Assembly (NCBI GenBank): GCA_050251945.1
Contig: JBFWLW010000001.1
Coordinates: forward strand, 64,001-128,000
Source of the DNA: Deferribacterales bacterium
GTDB lineage: Bacteria; Chrysiogenota; Deferribacteres; Deferribacterales; Geovibrionaceae
DNA: 64,000 nt
Reading direction: 5' to 3'
Position numbers and translations under genes: made by a program. The notes beneath the pieces are model-generated. The model made no database searches and was not told the DNA's origin. It saw only the letters and a program-made list of their open reading frames with translations. Of this stretch, positions 50,440-60,229 are shown in pieces. The first letter of the stretch is position 1, and each line of letters begins with the position of its first letter.

Positions 50440-52080
50440 TTAACACGAATACTGAATGTTAAGTCTGTCAGCCACGGCTCTGTCAACCGAGATGAGGCAG
50501 TCGGAGCGTCCGACAGGGAGCGAGCTGTTGCCGATAGGCGCAAGCATCTTTTTAAGCTCGTTGTCTGTGGCTATGAAGTAGTTGACTATCTGTTCAGCCG
50601 TCTTGTCTATGTCGAGACGTTTGACCAGAGTGGGGTTCTGCGTGCAGATACCGACAGGGCAGAGACCTGTGTTGCAGGCGTTGCATTTGCCGTGGTCGTT
50701 GCCCACGCATCCGGCTATCTGGAGCATAAGTTTGCCTGTGAAGACGCCGTTTGCGCCGAGCGCTATCATTTTGAACGCGTCAGCGGCAAGGTTCCAGTTG
50801 GCACCAAGTCCGCCTGCCGCCCAAAGGGGTATCTGCCCCTGCTTGCCCTGATGCACGGCGGCGTTGTAGCAGTCGCGCAGTTTGGACACGATGGGGTGAC
50901 CTGTGTGGTCGAGAGATATTTCATTTGCCGCGCCGGTTCCGCCTGCAAGGCCGTCAACGAAGAAACCGCCGACGATGTTGTAGGGGTCGCGGAGCAGGTT
51001 GTTGTAAACTGATACAGAGGTGGCGCTTGCGGCAACCTTGATAGCCACGGGAACCTGAAACTTGAACGCTGAGTTCAGAGACAGGAACATTTTCTGAACG
51101 CTCTCCTCAATAGAGTACAGACCCTGATGGTTGGGAGGGCTGAGCAGGTCGGCTTTCGGAACACCTCTGATCTCGGAGATGTGCGAAGCGACTTTTTTCG
51201 CCTGCAGAAGTCCGCCGTCGCCGGGTTTTGCACCCTGACCTATTTTTATAAGTATGCCGCCGGGAAGTTCCTGCATCATGGGCATGGAGTTGATGATACG
51301 GTTCCAGCCGAAGTGACCGGAAGCTATCTGAAGTATCACATATTTAAGGTATCTGGATTTCAGCAGTCTTATCGGGACACCGCCTTCGCCGGAGCACATA
51401 CGGACAGGAAGTCCTACATGTTCGTTGAGGTAGGCAACGGCAATCGCCATCGCTTCCCACATACGCCATGAAAGAGCGCCGATTGACATGTCGCCCACGA
51501 TGATGGGGTAAATCCAGTTTACTTTAGGCGTTGCGCTGTTCATTACCAGTTTGCCGTCGACAACATCGAAAGGCATCTCGTTTGCGGGCAGTATGCGCCC
51601 GAAGGGAGCCAGCATGTCGAAGGTGTGTCTGGATGCGTCCAGCGAGGGATCGGTCATCTGAGAAATACGTCCGACCTTTATTTTGTCCAGAGTACGTTTT
51701 TCGGTTGCGAGGTTTGCACGTCCGCCCCTTTTATAAGGGTCGGCAAGTGTTGCGCGGTATTTTACGCCGAATCTGGAATCTTCGTTGCGGACAGGTTTGA
51801 TAGCCTCGTTGGGGCAGACCCTTTCGCAGATACCGCATCCGCGGCAGAAGTTATATTCGCTGACAACCTGCCTGATAACGGGTACTGTTTTAAACTGAAC
51901 CTTGGGTTCGGGTGTAAAATGGTCGCTTATAACCTTTCTGCGTTTTTCAACGCCGGCTTCGATAGCCCTGAAAGGGCAGGCAGCAACGCATTTTCCGCAG
52001 AACGTGCATCTGTCGGTGTTATATTGTAATTGCCAGTCCAGATCGTCTCTGGAGATTTGATTTACTTTCATTGTTGCCAT
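50440..52080 (-). CDS. glutamate synthase FMN-binding subunit with N-terminal 4Fe-4S dicluster
   Basis: MSIGALS, SGEGG, IKIGQGAKPGDGG, DG..GGTGAA, CPVGICTQ. Confidence 0.9.
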   Translation of the reverse strand: MATMKVNQISRDDLDWQLQYNTDRCTFCGKCVAACPFRAIEAGVEKRRKVISDHFTPEPKVQFKTVPVIRQVVSEYNFCRGCGICERVCPNEAIKPVRNEDSRFGVKYRATLADPYKRGGRANLATEKRTLDKIKVGRISQMTDPSLDASRHTFDMLAPFGRILPANEMPFDVVDGKLVMNSATPKVNWIYPIIVGDMSIGALSWRMWEAMAIAVAYLNEHVGLPVRMCSGEGGVPIRLLKSRYLKYVILQIASGHFGWNRIINSMPMMQELPGGILIKIGQGAKPGDGGLLQAKKVASHISEIRGVPKADLLSPPNHQGLYSIEESVQKMFLSLNSAFKFQVPVAIKVAASATSVSVYNNLLRDPYNIVGGFFVDGLAGGTGAANEISLDHTGHPIVSKLRDCYNAAVHQGKQGQIPLWAAGGLGANWNLAADAFKMIALGANGVFTGKLMLQIAGCVGNDHGKCNACNTGLCPVGICTQNPTLVKRLDIDKTAEQIVNYFIATDNELKKMLAPIGNSSLPVGRSDCLISVDRAVADRLNIQYSC

Positions 52081-53174
52081 CTTTCCACCTCCAGATTGTT
52101 GTTGACAACAACCATCTCCCTTTCGTGAGTGTAGATGTCCTGTGTCCAGTCGCGTTCGGGCAGTATCTCGTTCAGACCTGTCACCTCGGATGAGATGACC
52201 ACCGTGTCTGCCGTGTGTCCGATAACAACGGGGCGGAGTTTTTTCGCATCGCAGGTGTTGAACATTGTTCCGTCGGGAAGCACAGCGATGATGGTGTTGG
52301 GTCCGTTAAGCTCAAGGTTGCCCAGAACCGCACGGATGTTTTGCAGTATAGCGTGGTCTTCACGTTTTTCAGCATCATCATACGCAAGGGGCGTAATGGT
52401 GTGTTTGTAATACTGCAGCGGCCATTTCAGTATCTTGTGGATGTAGTGCAGTGTGTAAAGGAAACACTGCGAATCCGACTCGAAACCTATGTAGCCTTTA
52501 TAGAGGTTTTTCTGGAAGTTTTTGTTTTTCTCATAAAAAGTGTTCTCACCGTTTGCAAGCGCTGTGTAACCCTCCAGAAAAAACGGGTGTGCGGCATAAC
52601 GCACTATGTCATAGTTTGTATTCTGACGGCACTGCGCGGTGATTATTTTCGCCGTGAAATCCTCGTCGGGCTGCCACAGATTGAAATACGTCCCGATGTC
52701 CGTGGGGTCGCCGATTTCTTTAAGTGTGAGAACGTCCGGCCAGAAAGAATAGACGTATCCGTCTTTCGTTTCTTCCAGAGCTTCCCTTATCTGCAGGCGG
52801 ATGTCCACGAGAAGTTCTTCCTTCTCGCGCGCCGGTGCGTACTTATAGCTTTTGGGATAGTGAAGAACCTGAAAGACATAATTAGGCATCGGTTCGATCT
52901 TTAATCCCGCCTGTTCGTTGATCTCCGGACTCCACTGCATTACACGGCTGAAACCTGCCTCATGCAGGATATCTTCCGCTATTTTGACTCCCTCGTCAGT
53001 GCATGCCATGGAAAGAATGGGCAGTTCCTTGTAGTTGGCAAACCTGCCTCCGAGGTCCTGCATAACCATGGCGAAGCCTGAATTGTCATGCCCTTTTTGC
53101 TGTGATCTCATAAGATGAAGGGCTTTTGAGGGGTGTATGTAGTTTTTGGATTTAATTGCTCCTATTCTGCACAT
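52068..53174 (-). CDS. glutamate synthase glutamine amidotransferase subunit
   Basis: N-terminal MC nucleophile, RQNTN, AHPF, NGE, SDS, LRP. Confidence 0.88.
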   Translation of the reverse strand: MCRIGAIKSKNYIHPSKALHLMRSQQKGHDNSGFAMVMQDLGGRFANYKELPILSMACTDEGVKIAEDILHEAGFSRVMQWSPEINEQAGLKIEPMPNYVFQVLHYPKSYKYAPAREKEELLVDIRLQIREALEETKDGYVYSFWPDVLTLKEIGDPTDIGTYFNLWQPDEDFTAKIITAQCRQNTNYDIVRYAAHPFFLEGYTALANGENTFYEKNKNFQKNLYKGYIGFESDSQCFLYTLHYIHKILKWPLQYYKHTITPLAYDDAEKREDHAILQNIRAVLGNLELNGPNTIIAVLPDGTMFNTCDAKKLRPVVIGHTADTVVISSEVTGLNEILPERDWTQDIYTHEREMVVVNNNLEVERWQQ

Positions 53175-53466
53175 ACTTTACCTCCTTTATAACCTTATAA
53201 AATGAATAAAAAGAAAAGTCAATAATTCTATAATTAGGAATAGTCTGTAACAAGGCTAACAAAATAAGGTATAATGCAAAGCATGAGTATATGTTTGATT
53301 TCTGGTCTGCTGAATTGTTCATACATAAAGGTTTTTTTAAGACAGACTGAACTTAGTTTAAAAGGCGTAAATTTCAAATTAGTTGGTTCTGATATAAATT
53401 TTTTTAATTTTGACTTTCAGATTTCCAATATACAAGCTAAAATAGTTCACACGCAAAGAGGGATTT

Positions 53467-54234
53467 ATGGAGAAAAAGAAGCCCGGGTTTTCTCTTAAGG
53501 TCAATCAGGAGATAACTAATCTTTTCAAAAACTACGGAAAACTGAAAAAGTTTGTCGCTGATGAATGTGTTATACGTCAGGGAGAGTACGCAACCCATGT
53601 TTACATACTCTTAAGCGGCGAGGCGGAGGTTGTCCGTATCGACAGATTCGGCAACGAAAACAGGATTGCAGTGCTTGGCGGCGGGGAGATTGTCGGCGAA
53701 ATGGGCGCATTTCTTGAAAATAATCAGCGTTCCGCCACTGTTAAGGCAAAAACTCCTGTTCTGCTCGCTTTGGAATGTCCCAATCAGATGTTTATACGCG
53801 GGCTGTTCAATACGCACGAGCTGACATACCGCGTCATAAAAAATTATGCTGAACGGCTTAACGACCTTAATATCTTATCTGCGAATCATTTTCAGTCACG
53901 GGTTATGCTGGTTGTCGGTCACAGTATCGAGCAGAAGACAGACATGAACAGCAGTGTATGCGAAGTTGAACTCAACCTGAAAGAACTTTTCGCGCGCTCG
54001 GGGCTTGAAACGTGGAAGATAACTGATGCTCTGTACAATTTCAAGACGCTGAACGTTTTTAAAAAGCTTGTTTTTCCTGCCGAGGTGAACATAGTTGAGG
54101 TTGACCCGGAGGACTCTTTAAGGGACAATGTCAGAAAGGCCGTTGATGTTAAACAGGCGGAACCGGCAAGGGTCATAATAGAGGTGGACACGGCGCGTTT
54201 TAAAGAGCAGATGAAAAGACTTTCCTATTGCTAA
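53467..54234 (+). CDS. Crp/Fnr-family cNMP-binding protein
   Basis: IRQGE...VYILLSG, GEIVGEMG, RSATVKA; possible C-terminal HTH. Confidence 0.82.
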   Translation: MEKKKPGFSLKVNQEITNLFKNYGKLKKFVADECVIRQGEYATHVYILLSGEAEVVRIDRFGNENRIAVLGGGEIVGEMGAFLENNQRSATVKAKTPVLLALECPNQMFIRGLFNTHELTYRVIKNYAERLNDLNILSANHFQSRVMLVVGHSIEQKTDMNSSVCEVELNLKELFARSGLETWKITDALYNFKTLNVFKKLVFPAEVNIVEVDPEDSLRDNVRKAVDVKQAEPARVIIEVDTARFKEQMKRLSYC

Positions 54235-54243
54235 AAACAAGTT

Positions 54244-54322
54244 GTCTTTGCGAGGGCTTCAGCCCGAAGCAATCTGATCCGCTCAGACTGCCGCGTAAGC
54301 CTTAAGGCTTCCTCGCAGAGAC
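54244..54322. repeat. family A doublet (opposite relative arrangement)
   Basis: gtctttgcgagggcttcagcccgaagcaatct / agactgccgcgtaagccttaaggcttcctcgcagagac. Confidence 0.8.
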
Positions 54323-54408
54323 GTAAACTTATGTTTCTCATTACTTATTGACAAAAATCCGCCTGTAATTTACCGTTGCTTTCCCAAAGAGCTTTTTTCA
54401 GAGGAATA

Positions 54409-54600
54409 ATGGTCAAAGTTGAATTTCCCGACGGCACCGTCCGTGAATCGGGAAAGAACAGAATTAAAGATATACTCCGTGATGTCGGTCAGAACGAAAA
54501 TGCGGTTCTGGTGGTGGTGGACGGCTGTCTTGTCACGCCAGACCTGTGCGTGAAAAACGACACCGAGATAAAACTTATATCCGTGGTGAGCGGCGGCTGA
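54409..54600 (+). CDS. ThiS/MoaD-family sulfur carrier (TtuB-like)
   Basis: 63 aa ending VVSGG; GAGG RBS; coupled to the ttuA-like gene. Confidence 0.85.
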   Translation: MVKVEFPDGTVRESGKNRIKDILRDVGQNENAVLVVVDGCLVTPDLCVKNDTEIKLISVVSGG

Positions 54601-55505
54601 TGAAATGCATCAAATGCGAAGAGAACGCCGTCATAAGCCTCAGCAGGCACAACGCGGGATTCTGTAAAGAGCATTTTACCGAATATTTCCACAGGCAGGT
54701 GGAAGCCGCAATAAAAGAATACTCCATGCTGAAAACGTCCGACCGCGTTATGGTGTGCGTCTCAGGCGGCAAAGACAGTCTTGTTCTCTGGCATATCCTT
54801 AACCTTATGGGATATAAGACCGCCGGGATGTACGTCAGCCTCGGCATAGGCGAATATTCGCAGAAATCCAAAGCAAAGGTGCTTGCCTTTGCCGAAAAGA
54901 ATAAACTTGAATCAATTCTCATAGACCTCGATGAAGAAAAATGCCCTATACCGCTTCTGGCGGCGAAGACAAAACGAAACGCATGTTCCGTTTGCGGGCA
55001 GGTGAAGAGGCATTACTTTAACAAGGCGGCTCTGGACGGCGGCTTCACAGTTGCGGCGACAGGGCATAACCTTGACGACGAGGCAGCGCGGATGCTCGGC
55101 AACGTTCTGCGCTGGGACACGAAACACCTCGCGAAGATGAGTCCTATATTGCCGGAAGAGGGCGAAACCATAAAAAGAAAGGTAAAACCGCTCATCCGCC
55201 TTACGGAAAAAGAGGTGGCGGCTTACGCATTTCTTAACGGCATAGACTATATCCCTGACGAATGTCCCAAAAGCCGCGGTGCATCATCGCTGAAATTTAA
55301 AGAAGTTCTTAACGAGCTGGAAGCTGCCGCTCCCGGAACGAAGCATTTCTTTTACGGTGAGTTTTTCAGATCGGCGGCGGACAGATTTCCATATATAACT
55401 AACGAATCAGATAAAGATGAAATTAAAAAATGTTTAAAATGCGGGGCGGAATCGTACCTTGATGTATGTTCCTTTTGCAGATTAACGGAGAAACTTAATG
55501 GCTAA
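54600..55505 (+). CDS. ttuA: tRNA 2-thiouridylase, TtuA-like
   Basis: N-terminal CxxC..CxxH, SGGKDS PP-loop, CSVC, GHNLDDE, C-terminal CxxC..CxxC. Confidence 0.8.
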   Translation: MKCIKCEENAVISLSRHNAGFCKEHFTEYFHRQVEAAIKEYSMLKTSDRVMVCVSGGKDSLVLWHILNLMGYKTAGMYVSLGIGEYSQKSKAKVLAFAEKNKLESILIDLDEEKCPIPLLAAKTKRNACSVCGQVKRHYFNKAALDGGFTVAATGHNLDDEAARMLGNVLRWDTKHLAKMSPILPEEGETIKRKVKPLIRLTEKEVAAYAFLNGIDYIPDECPKSRGASSLKFKEVLNELEAAAPGTKHFFYGEFFRSAADRFPYITNESDKDEIKKCLKCGAESYLDVCSFCRLTEKLNG

Positions 55506-56358
55506 ACTTGAATACGGTTCACTGGCATTTGTTATTGATGAAGTGAGAGGAAAACGTCACCTTCTGAGAATGAAAGAAGGTGTGCGGTTCAGTACCCAGT
55601 TTGGCTTTATTGACCATGAAGACATCATCGCCGCCGGCGACGGCGGAGTTGCATACACTCAGAAGGGCGTAGCATACCGCGTGTTTTACCCTACATACAG
55701 CGATTATGTCATGAACATAAAACGCCGCGCGCAGATAATTTACCCCAAAGACAGCGCCGCCATAATTATGTCAGGCGACATTCACGGAGACCAGCGTGTT
55801 CTGGAATCCGGAGTCGGTCAGGGTGCAATGTCAATCGCGCTTCTCCATGCGCTTGGCGGCAAAGGACAGCTTACAAGTTATGAAATACGCGAGGATTTTG
55901 CCATGGATGCTGCAAAGTTCATCGGAGAATATTACGGCGACGCTCCTAACCACTCTATAGAGATAAGAAGCGTTTACGAAGGTATAGACGGCGAATTCGA
56001 CAGAATAGTACTTGACCTGCCGGAACCCTGGCATGTGGTTAAACACTGTGACACGGGGCTTGTCAACGGCGGGCTTATCGTATGCTATCTGCCCACAATC
56101 ATTCAGGCTGTAACACTGGTTGAGCATCTTAAAGCCAGCGGATATTTTGAGGAGATAGAGACGTTTGAGATAACCAAACGCCCGTGGAAGATAGACGGAC
56201 GCTCGGTACGCCCGGAGATGTGGACATACAACCACAGCGCATTTCTTATCAAGGCGCGCAAAGTGGTTCCCATGCCCGTCCGCGAGATTAAAAGAGAGGA
56301 TGTCAGTGACAAAAATACAGAGCCTTCAGAACCTACGGAGTATACTGACCCGAACTGA
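55498..56358 (+). CDS. trmI: tRNA (adenine58-N1)-methyltransferase
   Basis: AQIIYPKD, VLESGVGQG, SYEIREDF, LDLPEPW, H.AFL. Confidence 0.9.
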   Translation: MAKLEYGSLAFVIDEVRGKRHLLRMKEGVRFSTQFGFIDHEDIIAAGDGGVAYTQKGVAYRVFYPTYSDYVMNIKRRAQIIYPKDSAAIIMSGDIHGDQRVLESGVGQGAMSIALLHALGGKGQLTSYEIREDFAMDAAKFIGEYYGDAPNHSIEIRSVYEGIDGEFDRIVLDLPEPWHVVKHCDTGLVNGGLIVCYLPTIIQAVTLVEHLKASGYFEEIETFEITKRPWKIDGRSVRPEMWTYNHSAFLIKARKVVPMPVREIKREDVSDKNTEPSEPTEYTDPN

Positions 56359-58351
56359 GGAAGAAATCTGTGGAATCGTAATATAACTGACTGCTGCTGC
56401 TGTAATAATTGCTGGTAGTGAATCCGTATCTGAAATAGTCCAGAGTACCGGCATAGGTCGTATTGTCCGGGAAACAATCTTTTAACAGAGGGTCTCCCGT
56501 GGGGTATGCGGTACCGTTTATCAGTTTATCGTATACATAATGGGCTGTCTGATTTGTCATAGCCGCTTTCAGTGTGCTGTCGCTGTTCAGTTCCGTTATG
56601 TTGTATTTCCATACATAAACACAGGTGTAATTACTGCTTCCTGACAGCCCTGTGCATGCTGTGCCGCTGCTGTTGCACCCGCCTATGGCTTCCAGCCTGA
56701 CCCCCATTTTCTCTCCGCTGCTATAGCTGTTCTCAATCGGAGCGTCCGAATTGTTATAATAGCATCCGAATCCTTTCACACCGGAATTAATACCGTTTGA
56801 ACCGCATCTGTCATTGTAGGTCGTTGCGTATATCCTGCTTCCTGACAGTGTTTCGTGAACGTTGTCTCCGTATGCAGTGAAAGTGTCATTGTTGTTGAAG
56901 TTGCCCTTGTTGTCCCACGTTCCGTCATAGTTATTTATATTTGCATACGAAACTATTGCCATGTGATTGTTATTGATATCATTTTTACCGTCATTCTGGA
57001 GATCGAACTCAATGGCGAAGCTGTTTCCTGCCTTAATTCCTTTGTGGTCTCCGCCGCTCCCTCCATAACCGAGTCCTGAATCGCCGGAACCTGTCATTTT
57101 AACTGTAGACGTATAGGATGAACCTGCAACGTAGCTTTTTATAACTGTGAATGTGAACCCCAGTGCCTGCTGCCATGCGGAAGGATTTCTGTAGTACTCC
57201 ACTGTGAAATATGAAGCGATAAGCCCTTTGTTGCCGAACTTGGGACAGGCAGAGGCGGATGCCGGATTAGCGCTGCAATTGTACAGTATGCTTATAACCC
57301 GCGTGTTGGAATTCTGAACCAGCTTTATCTGGTCAGAATTGACAATTGCCGTGTTGGAGTCTGCAACACCGCCGCTTGTTGTGTCGTTTGCAACGAAGTT
57401 GCTGCCGCCTGTTGAAACGATGTCGACATAATTGTTGCCGCCACTGCTGCTTTCAGGTGCCGCCATGGCAACCTCAAATTCCCTGAGTATACGCAGGTTA
57501 TAATTTTTTGTGACGGTTATGCCGTTTGCGTCTTCAAGCCTCACTTTTATAAGAGCCGAACCGCTGTCTGATTCAGCTATTGAAAGAGGGGTTGTGCCGG
57601 AATGAATAGTTATCGTTTTGTTGGTGATTCCGTTGCCGGATGTGCAGTCGCCAACGTCTTTTATTTCGTGTGATTTATCGCTGCTGTCGGTTCCGAAGAA
57701 CATCTGGTCTTTAACAGTAGCCGTGTTGTCCGATTCAACACACCATTTATACGGCGCCACGCCGCCTTCAGACGTTAGTTTGAATTCATAGCTGTTTGAC
57801 ACCACGGCATCGGGAAGTTTGTTCTGTCCGATACCAAGCGAACCTTCGCAACCTGCCATAGCTTTCAGCGTATCCAGATTCATCCATCCGACGATGTCGT
57901 CAAATTTCCCTTTGCTGACCGTTTCACCGTCCTCGTAAAATGTGTATGCTTTACCCGAATTGGCGTATTGCTGTTGTCCGTCTTCGCCTTGGCTGATTAT
58001 TATGAATGCTATATTGTTTTCTGTTATATCCGGAGCGCTGACGCTCATATCTGTGGATTCTATGGAGCATATGTCCTCTTCGTCAAGTTTTGAGGCAAAA
58101 AAGTAATCAAGGTCGTTTCCGAAAGTGTCTTTTGTCTGTGAGGTCGCCAGAGAAAGAGATGCGGGTAATTTTCTTGCTCTCACTGTATATGCGGCAACGT
58201 CCTTAACGGCTAATGCAATGAAGTTTTTTGTTGTTGTGAGCTTATTGCTGCTGAATGCCCCGTAAAGTATCCTCATGGCTCCTGCCGAGACAATTCCTAT
58301 AATGACAAGTACAATGGCGAGTTCAAGAAGTGTAAACCCTTTTTTGTTCAT
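56333..58351 (-). CDS. prepilin-type protein with Ig-like and L-type lectin-like domains
   Basis: KKGFTLLELAIVL type IV prepilin motif; GGVAPY; GFTF..GLGY..SFAIEFD..NNHMAI lectin-like motifs. Confidence 0.8.
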   Translation of the reverse strand: MNKKGFTLLELAIVLVIIGIVSAGAMRILYGAFSSNKLTTTKNFIALAVKDVAAYTVRARKLPASLSLATSQTKDTFGNDLDYFFASKLDEEDICSIESTDMSVSAPDITENNIAFIIISQGEDGQQQYANSGKAYTFYEDGETVSKGKFDDIVGWMNLDTLKAMAGCEGSLGIGQNKLPDAVVSNSYEFKLTSEGGVAPYKWCVESDNTATVKDQMFFGTDSSDKSHEIKDVGDCTSGNGITNKTITIHSGTTPLSIAESDSGSALIKVRLEDANGITVTKNYNLRILREFEVAMAAPESSSGGNNYVDIVSTGGSNFVANDTTSGGVADSNTAIVNSDQIKLVQNSNTRVISILYNCSANPASASACPKFGNKGLIASYFTVEYYRNPSAWQQALGFTFTVIKSYVAGSSYTSTVKMTGSGDSGLGYGGSGGDHKGIKAGNSFAIEFDLQNDGKNDINNNHMAIVSYANINNYDGTWDNKGNFNNNDTFTAYGDNVHETLSGSRIYATTYNDRCGSNGINSGVKGFGCYYNNSDAPIENSYSSGEKMGVRLEAIGGCNSSGTACTGLSGSSNYTCVYVWKYNITELNSDSTLKAAMTNQTAHYVYDKLINGTAYPTGDPLLKDCFPDNTTYAGTLDYFRYGFTTSNYYSSSSQLYYDSTDFFLSSGQYTP

Positions 58352-58435
58352 ATTGTGTTCCAAATACCTTATATTCTTTGAATTATACATCAAGTCGGGC
58401 TTTTTTTTAAAGGAAAAATATATTATAATTACGGC

Positions 58436-59431
58436 ATGGGTAGAAATATTAAAGGGTTTTCACTGATTGAGATGGCTATCGTTATGGTGATATTCGGACT
58501 TGTCCTCGCGTCTGCATCATCCATTCTGACGCTTTTTGTCAACCGCGGCGGGTCAGAAAAAACACGGCAGATGATAGCATCTGACAAAAGTGCGCTTATA
58601 AGTTTTGTCCAGAAAGATAAAAATTTACCTGAACAGGATGATTTCAGCACATCCGTTTCATACCCGCAGGACAGCTTTAATCATCAGTTTTTTTACTATG
58701 CCGACCCTATACTCGACAAGACAATGTCGGGCTGGAATCTCGGCGATTTAACCGATATTAATACCGTTTGCGGTTCAGGCTATACGAATACGGAAGTCTG
58801 GATCTGCAATAACGCAAATTGTGCGGATGCAGCAGACTATGTGAAAATCTCAAACATTGCGTTTGTCATAGCCAGCGGCGGCGAGAATAAGGTCATGCAG
58901 ACCACAGACAACAATGGAATTATCAAAGTTTACCCGCAGGGTACGGATGCCATAGTGTCCAGTTCAGATGCAAATCTGGCGATGAAGTACGATGACATAG
59001 TTGACTGGATGTCGCTGGATGAACTGCGCTCCAAGGTCGGCTGTGATGGAGAAAGCATCCGGTTTGTAACCCAGGCCATGCCTTATGCGCAGAAGGATAC
59101 TGCCTATTCCGTAAGACTGTATGTTGAGGGCGGGATACCATATGCGAACGGCTCAACTGCTGAATACGGATTTAAAATTGAAGACGACAACGACAACGCA
59201 CAGCTTATCACCGACGGGCTTCATTTCTATTTCAGTGCCAGCGATTCCGACGAGCTGAAAACCACCGCATCTACCTATGAAAAAGGGCAATTTGTAAGAA
59301 TTGCAGGAAATAGCTCGAATTTTTCTCAGCAAACATATAAAATAACTATAGAGGTGCAGGATAAAGCACAGAAAGCAAAATCTGAGGATACAAAATATTC
59401 CAGAACCTTTATACTGAACGCGGCAAACTGA
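58436..59431 (+). CDS. prepilin-type protein with Ig-like domain (paralog of the divergent gene)
   Basis: KGFSLIEMAIV; NIAFVIASGGEN, DDIVDWMSLDEL, GGIPY. Confidence 0.8.
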   Translation: MGRNIKGFSLIEMAIVMVIFGLVLASASSILTLFVNRGGSEKTRQMIASDKSALISFVQKDKNLPEQDDFSTSVSYPQDSFNHQFFYYADPILDKTMSGWNLGDLTDINTVCGSGYTNTEVWICNNANCADAADYVKISNIAFVIASGGENKVMQTTDNNGIIKVYPQGTDAIVSSSDANLAMKYDDIVDWMSLDELRSKVGCDGESIRFVTQAMPYAQKDTAYSVRLYVEGGIPYANGSTAEYGFKIEDDNDNAQLITDGLHFYFSASDSDELKTTASTYEKGQFVRIAGNSSNFSQQTYKITIEVQDKAQKAKSEDTKYSRTFILNAAN

Positions 59432-59432
59432 T

Positions 59433-60128
59433 ATGATAGAAAAAATAGCACCATCGAACGTAACATCAATATCGAGCGGAAAAAAGCAGAGCATACAGAA
59501 TACCACTGCGCCCGATCTGCATGCGGAAGAAACGGAAACGACCGCGTCCGATTCCGCGCAGCCTTCAGCACAGATCAGAAACAGAATGGATTCCGCATAT
59601 CTGCAGGCGCGTGACGTTCAGTCCAACATCAGTTTTCAGCAGTCCAGAAACTCCGCCCTTATGGATGTAAACAGCAAATTGCAGGATTTGCGCAATCTTG
59701 CTATGCAGTATAAGAACAATGACCTTTCCCTTCCTGAACAGGACTCCATAGTTGCGAAAGCGGAACAGACGCTTTATTCAATAGACCAGACAGCCTCATC
59801 TTCTCAGTTTCTCGGAACAAAGGTGATAAGCGATGCGGATTCAAGAGAGCTTGGGCTTGAGGTGATAAACCTTGAGGCGGGAGACCCTGTCGGTCAGATA
59901 AACAGCGCCATCAAAAAAGTGGCGGCAAAACTCGCCGCTAACAGCGCGCAGACGGACACGTCCGACGTGCGGCTCGACAATATAAAAAAATCGGCAGTTG
60001 ACGTAATCTCCGAGTTTCAGGCGGAACAGACTGCAAAAAGCATCATGAACGCCATTCAGGAAACGTCGCCTGACGTGATATACAAAAACATAGACCCTTC
60101 AAAGACAGCCGACCTGCTCGGTATCTGA
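59433..60128 (+). CDS. short flagellin-like protein
   Basis: ALMDVNSKLQDLRNLAMQ..IDQTASSSQFLGTKVI resembles the flagellin N-terminal helices; ends ADLLGI. Confidence 0.65.
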   Translation: MIEKIAPSNVTSISSGKKQSIQNTTAPDLHAEETETTASDSAQPSAQIRNRMDSAYLQARDVQSNISFQQSRNSALMDVNSKLQDLRNLAMQYKNNDLSLPEQDSIVAKAEQTLYSIDQTASSSQFLGTKVISDADSRELGLEVINLEAGDPVGQINSAIKKVAAKLAANSAQTDTSDVRLDNIKKSAVDVISEFQAEQTAKSIMNAIQETSPDVIYKNIDPSKTADLLGI

Positions 60129-60229
60129 CAAACCTGAAATAATTCTAACATTTCTCCGCCGTTCTGTTGTTTCCGCGTATTCCCATGATATACTTATATA
60201 TTGCATCCTACACTTCAGGAGGGTGACCT

